A stretch of 44,669 nucleotides of DNA from a virus: the IMG/VR virus record IMGVR_UViG_3300046531_000422; one strand, written 5' to 3'. Below are positions 6,200 through 15,686 of this stretch, piece after piece; position 1 is the first letter of the stretch, and every line of letters begins with the position of its first letter. The notes under the pieces were generated by a model that did no database searches, was not told the DNA's origin, and worked only from the letters and a program-made list of their open reading frames with translations. The position numbers were made by a program, and so were the translations under genes.

Positions 6200-8824
6200 T
6201 TATTGTCCTAAGTATTTAATTTCTAAACTAGAATGCTTAATAGTTATAGGTATATTTCCATTGTTAATAGCTCTTACGTTTATGGTATCTCCTAAAGTTA
6301 ATAAAATTGATATAAATCCAGAATTATTTCCAGTCATTTCTACTAAATTTGCAACTAAAGGATTTTTACAAGATCCATAATCACTATTTTCAAATGCACT
6401 ATTCACACGTATGGAAGAATCAAGCCAATAGGTATTTGTTGCAACTCCAGCGGTTCCATCATGATGCAAATCATATTGAATTTTATAGTACCCATCAAAA
6501 GGGGCAGTAAATGTAGATGTAGATGAATTAAATCCAGAAAGATTATTTATTGTAACATGTGGAAAAAGTAGCTCAGAATTTGCTCCGGCGTTAATTAAAA
6601 CATCAGAAAATCCTTCTTTATCAGAAAATAAAATAGGTAAAGATAATCCTAATTTATTGTCTATCCCATTTAAAAACCCAGTAGTTGTTCGTGAGCTATA
6701 TTGTACCGTAGAAACGGGTGTAAAATTTACAGGTGTAAAATTTACATCAGCTACTTCTCCATCAGATATTGAGGAAAGATAAACATTGCTTATATTTGCA
6801 CCACCGGAAAATATTGGAGTAACTGTATAACTACTAGAATCCGGATGATACCTAACAGTTGAACTTGTAATATTAACAGATGAGGGATTGCATCCTATTG
6901 CAAAAAAATCAGTAATAGAACCAAGATCATTAATTACAAAATCTAATCCAGCCCCTTGATTTAAAATATCAATACATCTAGCGCTTATACTTGTAGACCC
7001 GCTATTTGATGAAGATATAGTTTTTGCTTGGCAATTTCTAACTTCAATAGATACTTCATTAAAATTATAAGAAATTTGATTCAATTTATCCAAACAATCA
7101 ATAAATAATAAATTCTCATTTACACCAGTTCCTGTACCAGTAGAATTGAACTCAAGACATCCAGTAAAATCAGTGCCAATATAGTGTTGTATTGCGCCTT
7201 GTTCAAAATTAAAATTATTCTTTATATTTGAAAAATTTATTCTAATAGAACCAATATCTATAAATGGTAATGGAATAGAATCCCATGAAGAATCATTTTG
7301 TAAAAGACCTCCAGTGAATAAAGCATTGCCTAATGGAAAAATATCTATAAATGGATATAAAAACATATCTACAAAATTAAATTCTCCCGTTGCATAAATT
7401 GCACATCTATTTGTAGCAGAAGGGCTGAATAATGATAGGTACACAACAGCCGCTTCATATGTTAAAAATGGATTTGTTAGGCATCCTGTTGGTGAAGAAT
7501 CATCTCCAGTAAAAGAATTTATATAAGCTATTTGAGGATATTTTATAGAATTTAAGGGAGCACCGCCAATATTTGACAATGACGTTACTGGATCAGCAAC
7601 ATCTGATAAATTATTAGTTTTATTCAACTGCACATTATTAATAGCATTTTGAATAGTTACACCATCTACTAAAACATAATTAGATATAGTTTCTGCCGAC
7701 CATTGACCACCAGAAGTAACTGAAAAACATCTTAATTTTATAGTTGTTTGAAGTGGAACAAAGAAAAACGAGGATACCGAATTTGTACCAATAGTAACAA
7801 GCGATGTCCCCCTATTAACATTTATTCCTGCCGCACCATTTGATCTAACTATAACAACATCACCAATATTTGGATTAACAGGCATTATCCCAGTTGCAAC
7901 TGGAGAAGAAAGTGAAGCAAAATAAATCTTATTAGATAAAAATTGAACAGGTGTTGCAACAGCAATAATAATTGATTCAAGAGTAGTAGATACATTCTCC
8001 TGCCAAACCGCAGTAGAAGATGTTCCTGTTGTTATGCACCCCCAGTATGATTGTGCAGCACTATCAAAATATGTATCTAACCCTGCTTCACCGGCAACTA
8101 CTCCATTAGGATCACCGGTACCAATAATAGTTGCCCGCTGCCCACCAATATTATTAAGTGATATTGAGGCACTCGCTACATCTGATAAATTGCTTGCCTT
8201 ATTTAACTGTATGTTACCAATTGCATTTTGAACAATAGATCCATCTATTGTTACAGATCCAATAATTCCTTCTGCACGCCATTGCCCCCCACTTGGAGTA
8301 GCAAAACATCTTAGTATAATTGTTGACCCAAAAGGTAAGAAAAAAGAACTTGAAACTGATGTACCGGATATAGTAATTAATCCAGTTCCCTTGCTAATAT
8401 TAATCCCCGCTGCCGCATTCGCATGAATAATAACAATATCACTCAAATTTGGAGCTATTGGCATTATTGAATTAGCTGCTGGAGATGATAACCTAGCATA
8501 ATAAATTCTATTCGATAACATTTGAACAGGTGTTGATACATCGATATTTATAGATTCAAGATCGATCGATATGTTATCCCATACCGCGGTTGAGGTAGTC
8601 CCCGTTGTAATACAATTCCAGTAATGTTTAGCAACACTATCAAAATATGTATCTTTACCAGCCGTTCCTGCCTGAAATCCATTAGGGTCTCCTGTTCCTA
8701 TAATTGTTGGATTTTGGAAATTTAAAGCAAATCTAGTATTCACACCACCACGAAGACCAACTGTTTCATCAGTTGATAAAAAATTACCACCATTATTAAA
8801 TTGACTAAATTTTTTAGAAGCCAT
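6200..8824 (-). CDS. Long tail fibre / receptor-binding protein with internal 192-aa duplication and C1q/TNF-like C-terminal head
   Basis: Fibre-type N-terminus MASKKFSQFNNGG..TDE, NLSDVA..IGG collar motifs, C-term FTAPFDGYYKIQY...LTLGDTINV...EIKYLGQ. Confidence 0.8.
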   Translation of the reverse strand: MASKKFSQFNNGGNFLSTDETVGLRGGVNTRFALNFQNPTIIGTGDPNGFQAGTAGKDTYFDSVAKHYWNCITTGTTSTAVWDNISIDLESINIDVSTPVQMLSNRIYYARLSSPAANSIMPIAPNLSDIVIIHANAAAGINISKGTGLITISGTSVSSSFFLPFGSTIILRCFATPSGGQWRAEGIIGSVTIDGSIVQNAIGNIQLNKASNLSDVASASISLNNIGGQRATIIGTGDPNGVVAGEAGLDTYFDSAAQSYWGCITTGTSSTAVWQENVSTTLESIIIAVATPVQFLSNKIYFASLSSPVATGIMPVNPNIGDVVIVRSNGAAGINVNRGTSLVTIGTNSVSSFFFVPLQTTIKLRCFSVTSGGQWSAETISNYVLVDGVTIQNAINNVQLNKTNNLSDVADPVTSLSNIGGAPLNSIKYPQIAYINSFTGDDSSPTGCLTNPFLTYEAAVVYLSLFSPSATNRCAIYATGEFNFVDMFLYPFIDIFPLGNALFTGGLLQNDSSWDSIPLPFIDIGSIRINFSNIKNNFNFEQGAIQHYIGTDFTGCLEFNSTGTGTGVNENLLFIDCLDKLNQISYNFNEVSIEVRNCQAKTISSSNSGSTSISARCIDILNQGAGLDFVINDLGSITDFFAIGCNPSSVNITSSTVRYHPDSSSYTVTPIFSGGANISNVYLSSISDGEVADVNFTPVNFTPVSTVQYSSRTTTGFLNGIDNKLGLSLPILFSDKEGFSDVLINAGANSELLFPHVTINNLSGFNSSTSTFTAPFDGYYKIQYDLHHDGTAGVATNTYWLDSSIRVNSAFENSDYGSCKNPLVANLVEMTGNNSGFISILLTLGDTINVRAINNGNIPITIKHSSLEIKYLGQ
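7559..8710 (-). repeat. Tandem in-frame duplication inside tail-fibre gene (aa 39-230 and 231-422)
   Basis: TIIGTGDPNG...QLNK.NLSDVA....L.NIGG occurs twice with a 192-aa period, clearly alignable by eye. Confidence 0.85.
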
Positions 8825-8833
8825 AGTTTTTCC

Positions 8834-8965
8834 TTATTCCGCTATAATTTGTATGTTATCTTCAGTAATCATCTGTTCATCAATTTCAGTTATAATATCT
8901 ATTTCTGAATCTGGATTTGATGATAAATTTTTATAATAAAACAATAAATATATTGCCTGTCCCAT
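8834..8965 (-). CDS. small acidic protein (43 aa)
   Basis: TAATG overlap with upstream stop; MGQAIYLLFYYKNLSSNPDSEIDIITEIDEQMITEDNIQIIAE; below track cutoff. Confidence 0.3.
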   Translation of the reverse strand: MGQAIYLLFYYKNLSSNPDSEIDIITEIDEQMITEDNIQIIAE

Positions 8966-9351
8966 TATCCATGGATTCCTTGAAATATAGGTTGAAAAAA
9001 TATTTGTATTTTAACTTGTTGAACTTGTGGAGTTTGACTAACAATCTTAAAATAAGGCGCACTATCAAATAAATAAGGTATTAATGGTATAGAGCATAAA
9101 CTAGGCACAGCAGGAATTAAAAAATCAGACAAAATAGAACCATCAAAATTTTTGAGAACATAAAAAATTGAACCATTTTTATCATTTGTAAAATAAATTT
9201 TTAAATCACTAGTTGTCCAATTTGATGGGAATAATAAATTTCTTGGCTGCATTCCACCACAGTCTATTAATTCAGAATTAGTCCCACCAATTAAAATTTT
9301 TGATTCTTGAACCACCAATGTTCTTTTATATTTAAATTTTTCATTTATCAT
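8965..9351 (-). CDS. hypothetical tail-fibre-associated protein
   Basis: Lies between the two fibre genes in the late operon. Confidence 0.5.
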   Translation of the reverse strand: MINEKFKYKRTLVVQESKILIGGTNSELIDCGGMQPRNLLFPSNWTTSDLKIYFTNDKNGSIFYVLKNFDGSILSDFLIPAVPSLCSIPLIPYLFDSAPYFKIVSQTPQVQQVKIQIFFQPIFQGIHG

Positions 9352-9379
9352 TTTTTAATACCCTGTAAATTTAATATTT

Positions 9380-10765
9380 TTAAAATCCAATATATTTAAC
9401 TTGAAAACTTGAAGAAAGATTACCACTAAAAAAAGTAACTGATGTTCCAGCAGAATTTGAAGCATGAATACTAATTACATCACTAACTCCATTCAATAAA
9501 ATTTTTCTTGTTGATGATAAAGATTGGTCATTGTTAGCACCTTGTATTTGACCCATATCGGCAATATTCACACCATTTTTATTTAAATATATAGCATATG
9601 AATTACCAGAATTTCCGTTCGTAAGATTTAAAGCATTAATTTCATACCAACCAGGAATAGTTGGTAATATTGATTTAGTTGATGATGTAAACCATGAATA
9701 ATCATCTACATCTACTGTATCAAAATTTAACAAAACAGCAGTTAAAGCTGGCACAACTTGATTTGTACCCATATAAACAGAAGATATAAATACACGTGAT
9801 AAAGAAGGATTTAACAATATAAATTCAACCCCATCAAAAACATAATCATGAATTCCAGAAATTTCACCACCTTTTAATAAAAATTTTCCAGCAGGCGTTT
9901 GAATATAAATTGGATAAGATGTAATACCACCATCTATACTTAATGTTGAAGAACCTGTATTTACAATAGAAGAAATGATTTTAATTTCAACTCCTGAAAT
10001 TAAAGCTGGATATGATGGATTTGGAGTAACAATTAAAGCGTTTGCAGTTCCTGTTGCCGTATAAATTGTATATTGATTTGTTCTTATTGAATTGTATGAA
10101 ATTTTTTGTGTCAAAGATTCAGTTACAAACGGAGCTCCTGTTGCAACAGTTATGTTGTTTGTAACAATAGAAGTTTGACCAAAAGCAACTGTTACATAAT
10201 ACAATCCAATAAATCCTGCATCTGGTGTAGGTGCAACCGGAGATGGTGCTTCTACCCCACTTTTAACATTTATCAAAATTTTATCTGTTCTAGTATCTGA
10301 TAATGAATTAAATATAGGACTTGTAGGATCAGCAGAATTAAAATATGGACGAGAAATAATATTTACATCCAATGTTTCAAAAGCAGCTTGAACTAAATAA
10401 ATTATAGAATTTCCAACAACTGAAGGAGCGGGAGTATTTAATGTAACAAGATCAAAATTTAAAGCTTGTTTGTATAAACGATGATGAGGGTCATTATCAG
10501 CAGGCAAAACACTATATGCGGTAGCATCATAGCTTTCAAAGCTATATAAACACCCTGAACCAACAGTAACCTGAAGACCTGGCGGCGCTATTGGCAAACA
10601 GGGAAGACCAGATACTAATTTTGCATTGCTTATACCAGTTCCTAAAACAGTTTCAGCAAGCTTAGAAACATCTGCCATTTTATAGGTATTGCTTCTTAAA
10701 ACGTCTGCCTCATAAGGAACTTGATTTGTATAAACTGTTACTCTACCGTTTAATGGTGCTGTCAT
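9380..10765 (-). CDS. Tail fibre / receptor-binding protein 2 with C1q-like C-terminus
   Basis: Follows baseplate wedge genes; C-term PGWYEINALNL...SSSFQVKYIGF resembles that of the long fibre. Confidence 0.65.
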   Translation of the reverse strand: MTAPLNGRVTVYTNQVPYEADVLRSNTYKMADVSKLAETVLGTGISNAKLVSGLPCLPIAPPGLQVTVGSGCLYSFESYDATAYSVLPADNDPHHRLYKQALNFDLVTLNTPAPSVVGNSIIYLVQAAFETLDVNIISRPYFNSADPTSPIFNSLSDTRTDKILINVKSGVEAPSPVAPTPDAGFIGLYYVTVAFGQTSIVTNNITVATGAPFVTESLTQKISYNSIRTNQYTIYTATGTANALIVTPNPSYPALISGVEIKIISSIVNTGSSTLSIDGGITSYPIYIQTPAGKFLLKGGEISGIHDYVFDGVEFILLNPSLSRVFISSVYMGTNQVVPALTAVLLNFDTVDVDDYSWFTSSTKSILPTIPGWYEINALNLTNGNSGNSYAIYLNKNGVNIADMGQIQGANNDQSLSSTRKILLNGVSDVISIHASNSAGTSVTFFSGNLSSSFQVKYIGF

Positions 10766-11475
10766 GGTTTTCCCCTAATTATTTTTGTCCAGATAACTGT
10801 TCCAAACACTTTTGTTAAATTTATTAATTTGTAAATATCAGAATCAGATATAATTGTTTGCTGTAGTGATTGTCCTCCATACCAAAAATCTGCTAACCCA
10901 CCGGCTGCGTTATATCCACCAAAATAGCTGTTATATCCGCTATATCTAGACATTCCTTGATAGGGATCAACATAGACATCTATGAATGCTTGGTATGCAA
11001 AAGAACCTGATCCATAACTTCCTGCAATGTTATATCCCATCTTTTCTGAAACATTATAACCTCCACAATCCGAAGCATTCCAAGGTTCAAATATTCTTGG
11101 ATAAAATCCAGTAAGATTAAAAAGAGCATTTCTCATTGCTCGTCTTGTTGCTTTTTCCCTTAATAAAGTTGCTAGTATTCTTGTTCTAAAACTATCATCA
11201 GTTTCGCCTGTTCTTCTTGGTAATTCATCACCCAAATAATCAGAAGAAATAATATCTAAATTTATATCAGTAGCTGTTTTTATTCTTGTTTGTAATACAA
11301 CATATAAATATTGTTGATAATGAAATGATCCAGTATCAACAAAAGCAGCTAATATAGAATCTAAATTTTTATGATCTGTTCCCCACCAATTTAATGGAAG
11401 CTGAGATATTAGACGATTGTATATGTCTTGTTCATCACCAGGATTTAACATTATTTGATTTTGTATTGAGTCCAT
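10762..11475 (-). CDS. baseplate wedge protein (P2 gpI / Mu gp48 position)
   Basis: Position immediately after the gpJ-like gene, ATGA-type overlap; no motif recognised. Confidence 0.5.
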   Translation of the reverse strand: MDSIQNQIMLNPGDEQDIYNRLISQLPLNWWGTDHKNLDSILAAFVDTGSFHYQQYLYVVLQTRIKTATDINLDIISSDYLGDELPRRTGETDDSFRTRILATLLREKATRRAMRNALFNLTGFYPRIFEPWNASDCGGYNVSEKMGYNIAGSYGSGSFAYQAFIDVYVDPYQGMSRYSGYNSYFGGYNAAGGLADFWYGGQSLQQTIISDSDIYKLINLTKVFGTVIWTKIIRGKP

Positions 11476-11477
11476 TT

Positions 11478-12611
11478 TTAAGCATTCATTATTATGTTTA
11501 TGGTTCCAACAGTCATAATTTCTCTTCCAGTTATTTGTATATCTGATGTTCCGCCATTCAAAGTATAACTAGTAACATCTGTTATTCGTGAATCTGCACC
11601 ATAAATTATAGATGGAACTTTAGAATATGGAAAAAGAGCATCGAAATTTTGAGCAGTAATGTAATTTTCTAAAGCAGCTACAACTTTGTCGTGTATTTCT
11701 GTTTCTGCTGATAAATCCTCATTAAATACATGCGCAGTAATTGATACAGGAAAAGGAATTGGATCATATACCGCATACTGAATTGTTAATCCTCTATAAG
11801 ATTCAACAGAAGCGCTAACATTTGCGATCAGTTGACCACTTGCTGCACCAGAACCATCATCAATTACAACATAGAAAAACCCTAGTTGAACAACATCAAA
11901 TATTGTTTTATTTTCTACAACTTTGTATCTAAAAACCCCAGGAACAACACTGACTGCATATTCAATTGCTTGTTTAGTTGCTCTGAATAAACTAGCCAAA
12001 TAAAGAATAAATTCATCTTTTAGAGACTGATCGCTTTGTTGATTCGTTCCATTTGTAAATGGTTGTGCATTTGTTACAGCATCTACACCAGGTAAAACAC
12101 CACTTATTGTAGTTATCTGATTAGCTAAACAATTTGTTATTGTTCCAACAGAATCAGCAGAAATTGGAACATCAATTGAAGAAGTACTAATGTTAAATAC
12201 ATAAGCATTATTTAACACATCCCAATTAGGATTTGTTGTATCTACTGTTACAGAATATGTAATACCATTTACTCGGCTTAATACTTTTTTTAATGGTTGA
12301 ACATAAACAACTGTTCCTGTTGTATTTCTACTAAAAGTAACAATCCCAAACGATCCCGTACCTGCCCTTCTTTTTAATCCAAAATCACCAACAAATGTAT
12401 CTACATCATTTCCAGAAGATGTTAATAATCTAGTTACCGACAGAAGAGATGATATTAAAGCTTGTAACCACAATGAATTACCCATATTACTTTCAATTAT
12501 GGCTCTATAATCAGAACCAACACTGAAATCTAATATTGAACCAGCAGCAGACTGCATTGCCGTTACCTGACTACTTAATAATTCTTTGTCTGTTCTAATT
12601 GGTAATGGCAT
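11478..12611 (-). CDS. Baseplate J-like protein (P2 gpJ / T4 gp6 family)
   Basis: N-terminal pattern and 377-aa size typical of Baseplate_J; sits between gpW-like and gpI-like genes. Confidence 0.75.
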   Translation of the reverse strand: MPLPIRTDKELLSSQVTAMQSAAGSILDFSVGSDYRAIIESNMGNSLWLQALISSLLSVTRLLTSSGNDVDTFVGDFGLKRRAGTGSFGIVTFSRNTTGTVVYVQPLKKVLSRVNGITYSVTVDTTNPNWDVLNNAYVFNISTSSIDVPISADSVGTITNCLANQITTISGVLPGVDAVTNAQPFTNGTNQQSDQSLKDEFILYLASLFRATKQAIEYAVSVVPGVFRYKVVENKTIFDVVQLGFFYVVIDDGSGAASGQLIANVSASVESYRGLTIQYAVYDPIPFPVSITAHVFNEDLSAETEIHDKVVAALENYITAQNFDALFPYSKVPSIIYGADSRITDVTSYTLNGGTSDIQITGREIMTVGTINIIMNA

Positions 12612-12615
12612 TTTT

Positions 12616-13011
12616 TTATAAGTTAAATGATAAAACTATAGGATTCTTTGATACACTTTCTACATAATTTATTTGAATGAAAACTCCGCCCTGTATTGTC
12701 TGTATAAATATTTCAGGCTGTACGTCTTTTGAAACAGAATCCTCTAAAAATATTTGTGAAATTATTGTGGATTTTATTTCATCAAAACGATCAGAGTTTA
12801 AAGATTGACCTATATATTTAGCCAATCCAGCACCGTAATTTGAATGCCAAATATAATCACCAGGATTTGTTAACAACCTTCTTAAAACTCTTTGCTGACT
12901 CCTGGAAAGTCCAGAACTATGGGAAATATCATTTAATGAACTCAAATGTAAATCTTGTCCAATATCATGATTTATATCATTTACAACTTCTTGATATTGA
13001 GACTCATTCAT
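12616..13011 (-). CDS. Baseplate wedge protein gpW/gp25-like
   Basis: 131 aa, LRRLLTNPGDYIWHSNYGAGL motif typical of GPW_gp25. Confidence 0.7.
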   Translation of the reverse strand: MNESQYQEVVNDINHDIGQDLHLSSLNDISHSSGLSRSQQRVLRRLLTNPGDYIWHSNYGAGLAKYIGQSLNSDRFDEIKSTIISQIFLEDSVSKDVQPEIFIQTIQGGVFIQINYVESVSKNPIVLSFNL

Positions 13012-13619
13012 TAGCTACCTTGTAAATTTGTAGTTGGTGTATTGTCAGATTTCAATAACGTCTCAAATGAACCAGAAGAATCTCCCGCTTTAACTTGAGG
13101 AGAGAATATGTCGCATTGTGTAGATGCATCTATTTTCATATTCCCTGTAGTTATGTTGCATTCATCAGAAGCATTTATGTTTACTTTAGGTGCCGTTAAA
13201 TCTATTTGAACAGTCGACGAAACTAATACTTTTCCATCATTTGTAAATTTTAATGAAGCGCCACTCGAATGAACTATCCAAAACTCACCAGATTCAACTG
13301 TTAACGGCCTATTTGAAGCATCAAATAAAGGCCCGGCAGATATTGGTATTTGTTTGCTACCCTGCTGATAAACAACGACACATAAAGTATTCAGTACAGG
13401 TGCAGCATACAATCCCCATCCGTTACCAACCCATGAAGCGCTATATGGTATCCAACCAGTTTGTAATGCCGGCTCATCTTCAGTTTCAGGATGAATTTGA
13501 ACAATTACTAAATGATTAACAGGATCATAAGAAGTAATGCGTCCAACATCGCATGAAAAAGCAGTATTACTTAATGCCATTAAAGCTCTGGCTGAAACTG
13601 AATTTAAGAATTTTTCCAT
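13011..13619 (-). CDS. Baseplate hub/spike protein gpV-like
   Basis: GRITSYDPVNHLVIVQI...GWIPY OB-fold pattern of Phage_base_V; gene order V-W-J. Confidence 0.65.
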   Translation of the reverse strand: MEKFLNSVSARALMALSNTAFSCDVGRITSYDPVNHLVIVQIHPETEDEPALQTGWIPYSASWVGNGWGLYAAPVLNTLCVVVYQQGSKQIPISAGPLFDASNRPLTVESGEFWIVHSSGASLKFTNDGKVLVSSTVQIDLTAPKVNINASDECNITTGNMKIDASTQCDIFSPQVKAGDSSGSFETLLKSDNTPTTNLQGS

Positions 13620-13620
13620 A

Positions 13621-14736
13621 TCAACTTATTTCTGTTTCATCTGGTTTATTCTTAGCACTAATAAACATAGAAAAATCATTAATTGTTATTTTTCTTACAA
13701 TTGACTCAATATAATAAACTTGGTCAAAATCAGTTTCTGTTCCAGTAATTTTTATTAACATATCCTTTGATAAAATAATGTCTCCTACTAATTCAGCACT
13801 AAACCTAACACCATGAACTACCAAGTTATTTAATAATTGTTTTGCTTTTTGTACTGCTTGTTCATTTGTTAAACCAGGATGTGAATAAACATACTGCCTT
13901 ATAAACTGTTCTTTAGAATCTTTAGATTTTGCATTTTGCTTCACGTGGAACGCTTTACCAGTATAAGTAGAGTATGGAACCTTTACTGTTACTCGAACGT
14001 TTCCAGATACAATATTGTTTTTGAAGAAATTTATTTTTGTTCCTTTATCAAAAACAGGGAATGTATTATTTATATCTTTAGGTGCATAATTTAAAATATA
14101 AGGCTTTAAATTATCATCATTAACAGGATTTGGTTTAAAAACTAACGTTTCACCCTTTACAAATACGATAAAATTTTCCTTCATTGCTGCTTCAGTTAAC
14201 ATATCCCACTGAGTTGTATTATTAGCAGTATATGTCTGAGCAGTTTGTAAAAATGTTCCTAATACCTGTGTTGTTTTCGTAATATCTGATTTTAAACCGT
14301 TTTCATTTGCAAACTGTTCTGCTAGTTCTGAAGCTGTAATGTTTGAAAATGACTTAGTAACCTTTTTATCAATTAACCTAGAACTTAAATCACGACCAGA
14401 AATACTTACTAACCCTTCAGATGGGTTTATTTCAACATCATTACTATCACCCTGTATCATCAACGTAAGGTCACTTGTCGTAAATGAATCAACATCATTT
14501 GGAAAGCCTACATATATTTTTACTAAAAATTTCTCAGTTGATGCGAAATAAGCAAGATTTAATGTTCCTGTTTTCTCATTAAGTGGTATCTCTAAAAAAT
14601 AAGTATCAGCCGTATATGGAGCGCCTGATCTTATTTCTATATCAACAAATTCAACCTGAGTATCATTTATCTTTACTATAGCTCTTGGCCTTCTAAGTTC
14701 ACCTTGAGTATTTTGAGCAGTATTTTCAACTGTCAT
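13621..14736 (-). CDS. Tail/baseplate hub protein, P2 gpD (late control D)-like
   Basis: 371 aa, position between the U/X-like and V-like genes. Confidence 0.6.
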   Translation of the reverse strand: MTVENTAQNTQGELRRPRAIVKINDTQVEFVDIEIRSGAPYTADTYFLEIPLNEKTGTLNLAYFASTEKFLVKIYVGFPNDVDSFTTSDLTLMIQGDSNDVEINPSEGLVSISGRDLSSRLIDKKVTKSFSNITASELAEQFANENGLKSDITKTTQVLGTFLQTAQTYTANNTTQWDMLTEAAMKENFIVFVKGETLVFKPNPVNDDNLKPYILNYAPKDINNTFPVFDKGTKINFFKNNIVSGNVRVTVKVPYSTYTGKAFHVKQNAKSKDSKEQFIRQYVYSHPGLTNEQAVQKAKQLLNNLVVHGVRFSAELVGDIILSKDMLIKITGTETDFDQVYYIESIVRKITINDFSMFISAKNKPDETEIS

Positions 14737-15686
14737 GATTGATAAACTCCATCTGTGTCAGTTGTTTGTGCAGGTATAACTAAACTCATAGCTTCACCAG
14801 GATAAATAAATGGATCAACCAATCCATTAGCTTTAGCAATAGTTGTCCATAAGGTTGCATCTCCATAATATTGAGAAGCTAATTGATAAAGATTACCGCC
14901 ATTTATAATTATGTTTTTTCCATCAGAACCTTTGCTTATTAAAACTATATTTCTCTGTATTTGTAATAAAAATGCTTCCAACAAATAAGCATCAGCTAAA
15001 TTCAAAAAATCTTTAGAAACAACATCAGCATTATCATTTCCATCTATTTTGTTTGTTACTAGATTCCTTTGTGCAAAAAATAATGAACCACCACCTAAAT
15101 TCGATATATAATTTCCAGTAGTAGACAAAGCGCTATTTAATGGCCCAGTAATCGTTGCTAAAACAGAACTCGTCGCATTTGATATAGATGCTATTGAATT
15201 TATCGTTACTGATAACAATGCAATAGCAGAAGATATGCTTGGATCGGCTATAGTAGCTGCTAAATCTCGAGCTTCTATCATTGCAGCGCTTATAGCATCG
15301 TTATAAGCAACTGGAAGAAGGACAGGAAATGGCTTATTTAAATCTTGTATGACAGATACAGTTATTGTGTACGGTATTTCATAAAAAGCGTTAAAACTAC
15401 ATCTAAAAGACTTAATAACAACATTGTAATTAAACTGTGACCATTTTAATTCTTGCTGTTCTCCTTTAGCTCTTAATCCATCTAAAAATCTTGCTCTAAA
15501 TGTTGCTGTAGAACCCCTAAAAATACCTGACCATGAAATGTCATCATCAATACGACCCATTGCATCTATAGAACGACGGCCCCCAACCAATTTTTTATCA
15601 GATAAAGACTGTTCACCACCAAAATTTATAGTGCTTGGCACTTCAAAATTTGCAAATGTAATAGAGCCAAGCGTTAAAAATACCAC
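14733..15686 (-). CDS. Tail protein: gpU-like N-terminus fused to C-terminal LysM (gpX-like)
   Basis: N-term LTLGSITFANFEVP...GGRRSIDAMG pattern; C-term LysM YQLASQYYGDATLWTTIAKANGL; follows tape measure. Confidence 0.55.
   Translation of the reverse strand: MVFLTLGSITFANFEVPSTINFGGEQSLSDKKLVGGRRSIDAMGRIDDDISWSGIFRGSTATFRARFLDGLRAKGEQQELKWSQFNYNVVIKSFRCSFNAFYEIPYTITVSVIQDLNKPFPVLLPVAYNDAISAAMIEARDLAATIADPSISSAIALLSVTINSIASISNATSSVLATITGPLNSALSTTGNYISNLGGGSLFFAQRNLVTNKIDGNDNADVVSKDFLNLADAYLLEAFLLQIQRNIVLISKGSDGKNIIINGGNLYQLASQYYGDATLWTTIAKANGLVDPFIYPGEAMSLVIPAQTTDTDGVYQS

Noticed and set aside
6200-8824. Diversity-generating retroelement acting on the repeated tail fibre
   Set aside because: No reverse transcriptase ORF exists anywhere in the genome. 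The two repeats are both in-frame coding modules of one gene rather than a TR/VR pair with A-specific differences.
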